DNA from: Vulcanimicrobiota bacterium
GTDB taxonomy: Bacteria > Vulcanimicrobiota > Vulcanimicrobiia > Vulcanimicrobiales > Vulcanimicrobiaceae
Direction of reading: 5' to 3'
Length of the DNA: 64,000 bases
Assembly: GCA_963795855.1 (NCBI GenBank)
Contig: CAWCIZ010000001.1
Span: forward strand, 448,001-512,000
Made by a program: the position numbers and the translations under genes. Below are positions 55,525 through 64,000 of this stretch, one piece after another. Within the stretch, counting starts at the first letter, position 1. Each line of letters begins with the position of its first letter. The notes under the pieces were generated by a model. The model did no database searches and was not told where the DNA came from. It saw only the letters and a program-made list of their open reading frames with translations.

Positions 55525-56928
55525 TCAGTGGCGCACCTTCGGGTCGCTGGAAGCGGACAGATAACTGATGATGTCCTGGCGCGTCAGGACGCCGATGGGT
55601 TCGTCTTCATCGGTGACGACCACGGCGTGGTTCGCGAGCGTCAGAAGTTTGTAGGCGAGTTCGATTTCTTCGCTTTGATCGAGCACCGGGAACGGCCGGC
55701 CCATTACTTCGCTTACGGGCTGATGAATGATGTCGGCGCGGTCGAATACCGCCTGCATCACCGCAATGTCGTTGATGCTGCCGATTTGTTCCGTTCCGCG
55801 CATCACGGGAATTTGCGATATTTCGTACTGCCGAAGGAGATCCAGCGCAGTTCGCACCGCATCCGTATCCTTCACCGTGATGAGCGGCGGCAGCGGGCGT
55901 TTGCTGCGCAGTACGTCGCCGACGGTTGCGCGCCGCTTGCCTTCCGAGAGGAAGCCGTTCGCGATCATCCACTCGTCGTTGAATATCTTCGACATATAGC
56001 CGCGGCCGGAATCGGGAAACAGCACAACCAGCACGGCGTCCGCCGGAAGCGTTTTTGCCAGTTTCATCGCGGCGACGGCTGCGGTGCCGGACGATCCCCC
56101 AACGAGCAAACCCTCTTCCCGCGTGATGCGGCGCGCGGTCAGAAACGACTCGCGATCCGAAACGCGTACCATCTCGTCGATCACCTTCATGTCGACCGTT
56201 TCGGGCAGATACGACATGCCGATGCCTTCAACTGCGTACGACTTCGGCGTGTCCCCCGAGTAAATCGAGCCTTCGGGGTCCGCGCCGATCACGTGAATCT
56301 TCGGGTTTTGCTCTTTCAAATAGCGCGCTGTTCCGGAAATCGTTCCGCCGGTGCCGATTCCGGCCACGAAATGCGTGATGCGTCCGGCGGTCTGCGTCCA
56401 GATCTCGGGGCCGGTCGAGTGATAGTGCGCTTCCGGATTGTGATGATTGTGAAATTGATTCGGTTGAAATGCGCCGGGAATCTCGGACGCCAGGCGATTC
56501 GCCACGCCGTAATAGGATTCGGGCGAATCGTTCGGCACGTTCGTCGGCGTGACGACCACTTCGGCGCCGTACGCGCGAAGCAGATCGACTTTTTCCTTGG
56601 CCATCTTGTCGGGCATGACGAGGATGCAGCGATAGCGCCGAATCGCCGCCGCCATTGCAAGCCCCGATCCGGTGTTGCCGCTCGTCGGCTCGACGATCGT
56701 TCCGCCGGGCTTGAGCAGACCCGCACGTTCGGCGGCGTCGAGCATTGCGACCGCAGGGCGATCTTTCACGCTGCCGCCCGGATTCATGTATTCGACCTTG
56801 GCGAGCACCAAACACTGCGCGCCGTCCGTTACCTTATTCAGCCGTACGAGCGGGGTGTTTCCGATGGCTGCGAGCGCATCGTCGAAATACTGCATGCCGG
56901 AACGCGTGTCCGACGCGGTGGTCGTCAA
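55525..56928 (-). CDS. Cystathionine beta-synthase with C-terminal CBS domains
   Basis: IGNTPLV, KVEYMNPGGSVKDR, EPTSGNTG, GIGTGGT, FPDSGRGYMSK, CBS pair. Confidence 0.93.
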   Translation of the reverse strand: MTTTASDTRSGMQYFDDALAAIGNTPLVRLNKVTDGAQCLVLAKVEYMNPGGSVKDRPAVAMLDAAERAGLLKPGGTIVEPTSGNTGSGLAMAAAIRRYRCILVMPDKMAKEKVDLLRAYGAEVVVTPTNVPNDSPESYYGVANRLASEIPGAFQPNQFHNHHNPEAHYHSTGPEIWTQTAGRITHFVAGIGTGGTISGTARYLKEQNPKIHVIGADPEGSIYSGDTPKSYAVEGIGMSYLPETVDMKVIDEMVRVSDRESFLTARRITREEGLLVGGSSGTAAVAAMKLAKTLPADAVLVVLFPDSGRGYMSKIFNDEWMIANGFLSEGKRRATVGDVLRSKRPLPPLITVKDTDAVRTALDLLRQYEISQIPVMRGTEQIGSINDIAVMQAVFDRADIIHQPVSEVMGRPFPVLDQSEEIELAYKLLTLANHAVVVTDEDEPIGVLTRQDIISYLSASSDPKVRH

Positions 56929-57032
56929 GGTCTTCGCCTCCAGGGAAGATGGGGTGAACGCGCCTTCCGCGCTCTCGCGGGATGGCCCTGCGGTCGTAGG
57001 CCGGGTATGATAAAGAGAAGAAAGGGAGCCTT

Positions 57033-57377
57033 ATGAAACGCGCACGAGCCCTCGGGCTACTTCTCGCATTCGTCGGCGTTTTTGCATTGGCCGCTTGCGA
57101 CGACTCGGCGCTCCCGCCGGGCGGAACGTATCAGAGCGTTTCCGGCGTCGTACTCGATGCGGCGACGAATCGGCCCGTCTCCGGAGCGGCGGTAACGATC
57201 GACACCGTGCTTACGGCGACGACGGATGCTGCCGGAAAATTCTCGTTTGCGAAAGTACCCGTCGGCGACATCGACTATCAGGTAAGCACGCCGGACGGCA
57301 CGTACAAGGCCTATACCAGCAGCGCGCACTTGGCGCCGGACAAACCGCTGGCGCTCACTATAACGCTTTCGCACTAA
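57033..57377 (+). CDS. Lipoprotein with carboxypeptidase-regulatory-like domain
   Basis: LAAC lipobox; VSGVVLDAATNRPVSGA.V, TTDAAGKF. Confidence 0.75.
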   Translation: MKRARALGLLLAFVGVFALAACDDSALPPGGTYQSVSGVVLDAATNRPVSGAAVTIDTVLTATTDAAGKFSFAKVPVGDIDYQVSTPDGTYKAYTSSAHLAPDKPLALTITLSH

Positions 57378-58471
57378 TGGCGCCGGCGATGCGCGTGGTC
57401 ATCGCTCCGGACAAATTCAAGGGACGTTTGACCGCCGCGCAAGCCGCGGATAAAATCGAACGCGGCATGCGTGCGGTGCTGCGCGATGCGGAATTCGTCG
57501 TTGCGCCCATGGCGGACGGCGGTGAAGGAACGGTCGATGCATTCGTGCGCGCCGGCGCTCGAAGACTCAGCGCGCAAGTCGCGGGCCCGCTCGGCGAATC
57601 GATCGATGCGGGGTTCGCGGTGCTCGGCGGTACCGCAATTATCGAGATGTCCGCCGCTTCGGGCTTGCAGCTCGTGCCGGAGGATCGCCGCGACGTGCTG
57701 CGTGCGGACACGTACGGCACCGGTCAACTCGTGCGTGCCGCGCTGGACGCCGGCGCGAGTCGAATCATTATCGGGCTCGGGGGAAGCGCAACCAACGATG
57801 CGGGAACGGGCATGCTGCGCGCGCTTGGCGCCGTATTTATCGATGAAACAGGTGAGACGCTGGACCGCGCGATCGCGCGTTACCGCAGGCTCGATGAAAT
57901 CGACATGTCGGGGTTCGATGCGCGCGCGCTGCGCATTCCGGTACTTGCTGCAAGCGACGTCGACAACCCGCTATGCGGTCCGCACGGCGCGTCTCGCGTC
58001 TACGGGCGGCAAAAGGGCGCAAACGCCGCGCAGGTTACGCTGCTCGATTCGGCGCTCGAACGCATCGCGGACGTTGCCGCACGCGCGTGCCGGCGCGACG
58101 AACGCGATACGCCGGGCGCCGGCGCTGCCGGCGGCCTCGGGTACGCACTGCTGCAGTTTTTGAACGCGGAGGTGAAACGCGGCGTCGACGTCATGGCCGG
58201 CGAACTCGCGCTGCAGCGCGCGCTGCATGGCGCGTCGCTGTGCGTTACCGGCGAGGGAAAGATCGACGATCAGACGCTGCGCGGCAAAACCGTCAGCGGC
58301 GTAGCAGAACTTGCGGCATCCGAGCACGTTCCGGTGGTGGCCTTCGCGGGCCTGGTCGAGCCGCACGCGCGGCAAGAACTCGAGGACCGCGGCATCACGG
58401 TGCGGCAGGCGGATTCGACCGCTCTGGAAAGCGCAGCGCGAGAATTCGCGAGTCAGTTTGCGCAGCGGTGA
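57377..58471 (+). CDS. Glycerate kinase (GlxK/GarK family)
   Basis: RVVIAPDKFKG, PMADGGEGT, GLGGSATND, GAGAAGGLG, TGEGKID.QT..GK. Confidence 0.93.
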   Translation: MAPAMRVVIAPDKFKGRLTAAQAADKIERGMRAVLRDAEFVVAPMADGGEGTVDAFVRAGARRLSAQVAGPLGESIDAGFAVLGGTAIIEMSAASGLQLVPEDRRDVLRADTYGTGQLVRAALDAGASRIIIGLGGSATNDAGTGMLRALGAVFIDETGETLDRAIARYRRLDEIDMSGFDARALRIPVLAASDVDNPLCGPHGASRVYGRQKGANAAQVTLLDSALERIADVAARACRRDERDTPGAGAAGGLGYALLQFLNAEVKRGVDVMAGELALQRALHGASLCVTGEGKIDDQTLRGKTVSGVAELAASEHVPVVAFAGLVEPHARQELEDRGITVRQADSTALESAAREFASQFAQR

Positions 58472-58763
58472 CGGTTATCGTCGCCTTCATTCCCGGATGG
58501 TACGTGCACACGTATGCGAACGTGCCTTCCTTGGTAAACGTGTACTTCCACGATTTGCCGCCGTCGATGTCTGCGGACTGAAAAGCGTCGCTGCTGACGT
58601 TGTGCGTGACCGGATCGTCGTTTTGGAATACGACGCTGTCCCCGGTGTGCACGGTGAGCGCGGCAGGCTTAAAGGCGAAATCGACGATATGGACGGTCGT
58701 CGTTGCGGGCGCGCCGGCGCCGAGCGTCAGCGCCGCGAGCAAAGTGAAAACGCCGGTCTTCAT
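58395..58763 (-). CDS. Cupredoxin (plastocyanin/amicyanin-like) secreted protein
   Basis: Signal peptide; HNV and C-TY-H-PG-M type-1 copper ligands. Confidence 0.88.
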   Translation of the reverse strand: MKTGVFTLLAALTLGAGAPATTTVHIVDFAFKPAALTVHTGDSVVFQNDDPVTHNVSSDAFQSADIDGGKSWKYTFTKEGTFAYVCTYHPGMKATITVTAAQTDSRILALRFPERSNPPAAP

Positions 58764-58806
58764 CCCGCCAGCGTGGCGGACAAATATGAAAGATTTCTGA
58801 AGGACG

Positions 58807-60153
58807 CTACGCGGGGGAGTTCGAGCGCTGTTCGTAGACTTGCGCCGGGCGCATGTACGACGCGCGCTGCGCGATGGCGCGATCGATGACGCCCATGACG
58901 ATGTGAGCGAGTTTTTCAGGATCGTGACGCACGGTCACGGTTTCGCTGATGACGTGCGCGTGAACCGGTGTGAGCCCCAGCGCGCGAATGCGTTCGAGAT
59001 CGGGCGCGACCGGAATCTGCCCTTCCTCCGCGTACGCCTCGAGCAGTTTGGAAGGCGGCTCGTCGTTGACCACGACGTAATCGCAAACGCGCGCCCCCGC
59101 ATTTTCCATCAGCGCTTCCACGTGGTCGGCGGCGCTCATCGCATCGGTTTCGCCAGGCTGCGTCATGACGTTGCAGACGTACATCTTCACGGCTGAAGAC
59201 GCGGCGACCTCACGCGCGATGCGATCCACCAAAAAGTTCGGCAGAATCGAGGTGAACAGGCTGCCCGGTCCGAGCACGATCGCGTCGGCCTCGCGAATTG
59301 CGGCGATCGCTTCCGTAAGCGGCGCCGCGTACGGCGGATCGAAGAAAACTTGCTTGATTCGCTTGTGGGATTTCGAGATGTTGGTCTCACCCTCGATCAC
59401 GGTGCCGTCGTCCAGACGCGCGCACAAGTGCGCGATGCCGAGCGTCGCCGGCAGCACGCGCCCTTTGATGTTCAGCACGCGGCTCGATTCTTTGATCGCG
59501 CGATCGAAGTTGCCCGTGATGCCGGTCATCGCGGCCAAAAACAGATTCCCGAACGAGTGCCCCGTCAGGCCTTCCCCTTCGTGAAAGCGATAACGAAACA
59601 GATCGGTGACCATGGCCTCGTCGTCCGCTAGCGCCACCAGGCAGTTTCTCACGTCGCCCGGCGGGAGCACGCCGAGCTCTTTTTGCAGGCGTCCGGAACT
59701 GCCGCCGTCGTCGCTTACCGTGACGATCGCCGTGAGATTAGTGGTTTTGCTTTTCAAACCGCGCAGCAGCGTGGAAAGACCCGTGCCGCCGCCGATCGCG
59801 ACGATTTTGTAACCGTGACGTAAGCGCATGGAGTAGAGCGTGTCGAGGATATGCTCGTTGCCGCCCATCGCGCCGGCGCGCAGAATCGCGAGCAGCCATT
59901 GACGGATGCCCAGAAAGATCAGCGCGACGCCGACGATGATGGAGATCCACGCCAAGTATCCCGGTGGAAAATAATCGGTGACGAAGCTGTCCACCAGTTC
60001 GTTCGCATGCAAATCGAAGCCAATCGCGACGAGGTACCGATCGATCCCATTCACGAGCAGCAAAATACCGGCGATTGCGACGATGAGCCAGCGTTTGATG
60101 CCCAGGCCGGGGTACGCCCAGCGCAGAACCGGCGGCACGCGGTTGAGCGTCAT
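58807..60153 (-). CDS. yvcK: YvcK/GlmR (CofD-like) protein with N-terminal membrane segment
   Basis: IGGGTGLS.LLRGLK, DDGGSSG, PPGDVRNC, GHSFGNL, GPGSLFTS. Confidence 0.92.
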   Translation of the reverse strand: MTLNRVPPVLRWAYPGLGIKRWLIVAIAGILLLVNGIDRYLVAIGFDLHANELVDSFVTDYFPPGYLAWISIIVGVALIFLGIRQWLLAILRAGAMGGNEHILDTLYSMRLRHGYKIVAIGGGTGLSTLLRGLKSKTTNLTAIVTVSDDGGSSGRLQKELGVLPPGDVRNCLVALADDEAMVTDLFRYRFHEGEGLTGHSFGNLFLAAMTGITGNFDRAIKESSRVLNIKGRVLPATLGIAHLCARLDDGTVIEGETNISKSHKRIKQVFFDPPYAAPLTEAIAAIREADAIVLGPGSLFTSILPNFLVDRIAREVAASSAVKMYVCNVMTQPGETDAMSAADHVEALMENAGARVCDYVVVNDEPPSKLLEAYAEEGQIPVAPDLERIRALGLTPVHAHVISETVTVRHDPEKLAHIVMGVIDRAIAQRASYMRPAQVYEQRSNSPA

Positions 60154-61007
60154 CGGCTCTCGTCCCGTGTGTCGAGATAGACGTCGGCGAGCGCCTGGCG
60201 CTCCAAATGATCGAACAAGCGGCGGCCGATGTAAATCGACCGGTGGCGCCCACCGGTGCACCCGATGCCGATCGTGAGTTGCGATTTGCCTTCGGCCAAA
60301 AAGCGCGGCATCAAGAAGTCCATCATGTCGAACAGCCTATCCAGAAACGGCGCGAGGGCGGCATCCGTTTCGATGTATTCGGCGACCGCCGGGTCGGCGC
60401 CCGTGAGCGGCCGCAGGCCTTCCACGTAGTTCGGATTATGCAGAAAGCGGACGTCGAAGAGCATGTCGAGATCGAGCGGTATCCCGTACTTGAACCCAAA
60501 GGCGACGAGCGTGACCGAAAGCGCGCGTTCGGATTCGACTAGGAACGTCGCAGACAGCCGTTCTTTGAGATCCGCGTGCGTGATGTTGGTCGTATCGATG
60601 ACTTGGGTCGCAAGTGCGCGCAGCGGCGCGAGCGCGGTTCGCTCGACCGCGATCGCCTCGCGCACCGAACCGACCGATGCGAACGGGTGGCGGCGCCGCG
60701 TTTCGCTGTAACGCCGCACGAGCACGTCGTCGCGCGCATCCAGAAAGAGCAGCTGCGGGCGGTGTCCGTCGGAGGAAATTCGGCTGATCAGCGGCACCGC
60801 TTCCCCGAGCGTACCGCCGCTGCGCACATCGAGTGCCAAAGCGACCTCGCGCACCTGTGCGTCCTTAAGGAGCGAGAGGGTTTGCGGAACGAGCTTCGGA
60901 GGAAGGTTATCTACACAGTAAAAGCCCAAGTCTTCAAGCGTCTTCATCGCCTGACTCTTCCCGGCGCCCGAGAGTCCGGTCACGAAGACGAGCCGTTCTA
61001 GAGCCAT
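60150..61007 (-). CDS. rapZ: RNase adapter protein RapZ (YvcJ)
   Basis: VTGLSGAGKS, CVDNLPP, RYSETRRRHP, FGFKYG, GCTGGRHRS. Confidence 0.96.
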   Translation of the reverse strand: MALERLVFVTGLSGAGKSQAMKTLEDLGFYCVDNLPPKLVPQTLSLLKDAQVREVALALDVRSGGTLGEAVPLISRISSDGHRPQLLFLDARDDVLVRRYSETRRRHPFASVGSVREAIAVERTALAPLRALATQVIDTTNITHADLKERLSATFLVESERALSVTLVAFGFKYGIPLDLDMLFDVRFLHNPNYVEGLRPLTGADPAVAEYIETDAALAPFLDRLFDMMDFLMPRFLAEGKSQLTIGIGCTGGRHRSIYIGRRLFDHLERQALADVYLDTRDESR

Positions 61008-61034
61008 CCGACGCACCCGGAGCGTGCACACGTC

Positions 61035-61430
61035 ATGAAACTGTTTTCGCCCGAAAAGGCCAACGCCCTCATCCCGAAGGTCGCCCCGCTCGTCGAGGAG
61101 TTGTGGGCAAAGCGCCGGGACTTGGCGATTCGCCTGCTCGAGAGCGATCCGGTGCTGCGCGGAACCGAACCCACCCCGTATTCGCGTATGGCCACGCCGC
61201 GCTCGCCCTTCACGCCGGGCCGCTTTAGCGAACAGAAGGCGGAGATCGTGCGCATCATCAACCGGATCGAAGCGTACGGGTGTCTCGTGAAAGACATCGA
61301 CCTCGGATTAATCGATTTTCCGTCGATGCGAGAGGGCCGCGCGGTGTATCTGTGCTGGAAAGCCGGAGAAGAACGCATCGCGCATTGGCACGGGATGGAC
61401 GAAGGCTTCTCCGAACGCAAAACGCTGTAA
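61035..61430 (+). CDS. DUF2203 family protein
   Basis: F...AN.L.P, VKD.DLGLIDFP, YLCWKAGE.RI.HWH..DEGF..R. Confidence 0.85.
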   Translation: MKLFSPEKANALIPKVAPLVEELWAKRRDLAIRLLESDPVLRGTEPTPYSRMATPRSPFTPGRFSEQKAEIVRIINRIEAYGCLVKDIDLGLIDFPSMREGRAVYLCWKAGEERIAHWHGMDEGFSERKTL

Positions 61431-61434
61431 CGAG

Positions 61435-61460
61435 AAAAGGCCCGCTTCAGCGGGCCTTTT
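61435..61460. terminator. Bidirectional terminator
   Basis: AAAAGGCCCGC-ttca-GCGGGCCTTTT. Confidence 0.85.
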
Positions 61461-61484
61461 GCTTTCTGCGATCCGGTTCGATTC

Positions 61485-61895
61485 TTACGGCGCGGTGACC
61501 GTAGCTTCGACCGGGATGAAATCTTCAGCCAAACCTTGCAGCCGCACTTCGCCGAACTCGGCGGTGTACGCGCCGGCTTCCGCGCTTCTGATTTCACCGA
61601 TCTCCGGAACGTTCGCAAGCTGCGGAATCTTGGAACGAATCTCGTCGGGAATGCGCACCTTGTCCCCGACCGCGAGCTTGCCCTGATCCCAAAGCGCGTT
61701 CAGGCTCTCGAGCAACATCGGTAGTGGAATACCGTAATCTTCGCTGACGGCGCCGATGGTGTGCGACTCGCTGATCGCACAGTTCGAACAGCCTCCCAAG
61801 TGGAATCGCGCGAAGACGCGACGCGCACCGGCGTGGAGTTTGAACGCCTGGTCGACGGTCATTTCGGGGGTGAAACGTTGCTCGGTCATACTCAT
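61485..61895 (-). CDS. DUF1858-like (CxxC) domain protein with small C-terminal beta domain
   Basis: MTV......GA..VFA.FHLGGCSNC.I...TI......GI....LL..LN. Confidence 0.65.
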   Translation of the reverse strand: MSMTEQRFTPEMTVDQAFKLHAGARRVFARFHLGGCSNCAISESHTIGAVSEDYGIPLPMLLESLNALWDQGKLAVGDKVRIPDEIRSKIPQLANVPEIGEIRSAEAGAYTAEFGEVRLQGLAEDFIPVEATVTAP

Positions 61896-61904
61896 ATCCT
61901 TCGC

Positions 61905-63595
61905 CTAGAACGCCTGGTGGCTCCCGCCGGTTGCAGTTAGCAGCTCCAAACGCCGCCGCAGGTCGCGAATCGCAATCGTATCGATGGCGTGGCCGACGGC
62001 GGTAGCGAGGGAAGCAAGCGCGTCCTGCTCGTCCGGTGCGTACGTCTCGTCGTCGACCTTGGGGCCGCATACCAGTATGCCCAGTACGTCGCCGCGCACG
62101 ATCATGGGAACCGCCAGCGTCCCGGGCAGCGCGGAGCCGGATTCGCGCACGTGCACGGTAACGCGGCGAGCGCGCATCGCGACGATCGCGGGATCGTTTT
62201 CGTCGACGGTGGGCGCGAGGGCAAACGTCGTAGCAGCAGCACGGTACGTCACGCCCTCCGCAATCCATACGCCTGCGCCGCGCGCGCGAGCGTATCGTTC
62301 CACGGTGTTCACGCAGCGTGAAAGCAGAACTTCGGCGTCGGTAATATACGCCGCGTCTTCTGCGAAGTCGCGTATTGCGGCTTCGGCAAGATGGCGCTCG
62401 CGGAAGAGGACGCTGTCGACGAACAGATCGACGCGCGCATGCACGTAGCGAATCGAAAAGCCCAGCGCCAACGCAACGGCGAGCTGCACGGCGACGCTCG
62501 TGACGTGGCTCGTGTTCTCGACGTATTTCGCAAGCAGCGTTTCGACGACGACGAAAACGCCGACGACCACGAGCGACACGCCCGTGTACACCACCGCGCG
62601 ATTGAGGACGAAACCGACGTCGATGACGCGATGACGCAAGATGACGTAGGCCAGGCCAATCGGAAGCACCGCCAATGAAAGCAGCGTAGCTGGTCCACCA
62701 GCGGACTGAAGCCGAAGATGCCGCTGACGGCGACGTCGACGAGCGGACCCGACAATCCAACGCCCAGAATCACGAATACCCAGCGCCGCCTCTGCCGCTC
62801 GTCCGGCGCGCCTTGCACGTACGCTGCGATGAGCGTCGCGACCACGAGCAGGCTGATGAGCACGAACGAAAACAGAAACGCCGCGGAGAGTACGGAAAGC
62901 GTACTCGCGGAGTGAGGCAGCCATTCGCCGATCGAAAGGCCGCCGGCGGCGGCGATTGAGAGAACGAGTGCAATGCGAGAAAGCGTGCCGGGAAGCGGAT
63001 GTGCTCGCCCTGACGGAAACAAGGCTGCGAACTGCGCCGCTGCGGCAACTCCAAGCAAGAGAAGTCCCAGATCCACGACCTGCATCACGATCAGCGAGAG
63101 CAGCGGGCTCGGGAGTACGCCGTTCGAGAGCGCGATGGCAAGTCCGTAACACCACAGAAACGCGACCAGTGCCCGCCCGGCACGATCGTCGGGTCTGCGC
63201 CACGCCAACAGCGCGGCTACGACCAGAAACGCGAGTCTGAGCATCGTCACGGCCCAGAGCGTTTCCATGCGCGCAAAAGGCTTGGCGGTGAACGAAACGC
63301 GCCGCGTGCCGTTTACCAGGACTGTAACGCGCGAACCGGGCGTCGCATACAAGACGCGCGCGCGGTCCAGTGCGGTATCGCCGTACCAGATCGTGTCGCC
63401 GGCGCGAATGCCGGCGCGCGCCGCGGCCGAGCCGCTATCGACGCCCGTCACCTGGACGACGCCCGCATTCCGGGGCGGCACCCGCAAGTGCAGTCCGAAT
63501 TCGTCGCGGTCCGGCAACGTCAACTGGTAGCCGACGAACGCAACCGCCGCTGTAATGAACAACAGTGCGAGGGTGCGCCACACCGCAGGCCTCAT
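61905..63595 (-). CDS. Membrane protein with PDZ domain, multiple TM helices and C-terminal GAF-like domain (frameshift near 62680)
   Basis: VTGVDSGSAAARAGIRAGD (PDZ), YVILRHRVIDV, LAVPMIVRGDVLGIL.CG.K....Y...E..AL (GAF). Confidence 0.75.
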
Positions 63596-63675
63596 GGCGG
63601 AAGAATTACGGAAATTGCGGAGTACGCCTGTAGGCGGGCGGGGCGGGAAGGCGTCAGTGCTATAATTTAAACACT

Positions 63676-64000
63676 ATGAAACGTTTGCTCGCCTGCGCAG
63701 CGTGGGGTGCTGTTGCGCTATTGCCGGTGGCCGCAGGTGCCGTACCGACTACCGTCATTACGCAAACCGCTGCCCCCGTGCAGATCAAGTCGTGTTCCGC
63801 CACAGTAGCGCTATCTGTCCCCGGGTGGTCGAACAATGGCGCGTCCTATGGCCAGTCCGGGTCCGGTGTCGCGGGAATGTCCACCAACGGCCACAGCGTC
63901 TCTTATGGGTCGGGCGATTATTCGGACCATGAAGGTTACCTTTTGGGTCCGTTTTCCGGCGGAACGGACGTCTACGCAACGGCACAGTCCGAAAATCAAT
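63676..64000 (+). CDS. Secreted hypothetical protein, runs off the window end
   Basis: ATG 63676 MKRLLACAAWGAVALLPVAAGA signal peptide; TGCTATAAT just upstream. Confidence 0.6.
   Translation, partial: MKRLLACAAWGAVALLPVAAGAVPTTVITQTAAPVQIKSCSATVALSVPGWSNNGASYGQSGSGVAGMSTNGHSVSYGSGDYSDHEGYLLGPFSGGTDVYATAQSENQ

Noticed and set aside
58395..58471. 77-bp convergent overlap of cupredoxin and glycerate kinase
   Set aside because: Tail-to-tail overlaps are common in compact GC-rich genomes and this one may come from an indel

Overview
GC-rich bacterial chromosome segment, mostly core genome. The Firmicutes-like gene order (HIT-rpsU-yqeY-nfeD-floA-phoH-ybeY-dgkA-cdd-recO; ruvX-mltG-DUF1292; rapZ-yvcK), many 'C-GGGG + Pro/Thr linker' lipoproteins and a stalk-domain protein suggest a Terrabacteria lineage such as Eremiobacterota/Vulcanimicrobiota (inference only). 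It contains about 67 CDS and 6 tRNAs. No CRISPR array, integrase or transposase was recognised. At least 14 genes, including housekeeping ones, carry single frameshifts, most likely long-read indel errors. The most notable signals are: (1) a tandem 120-125 bp repeat family at two unrelated loci (before prfA, and between the cystathionine beta-synthase and gamma-lyase/synthase genes) whose 55-nt core ends exactly in the downstream gene's start codon and encodes a coupled short peptide; (2) an APC transporter fused in frame to a GH35-type hydrolase with a glucosaminidase-like motif; (3) a coupled luxE-luxC-aminotransferase-oxidoreductase operon without luciferase; (4) a tRNA-Arg(CCG) gene overlapping the start of tadA; (5) an unannotated 21-codon ORF with its own SD and terminator upstream of rpsU.
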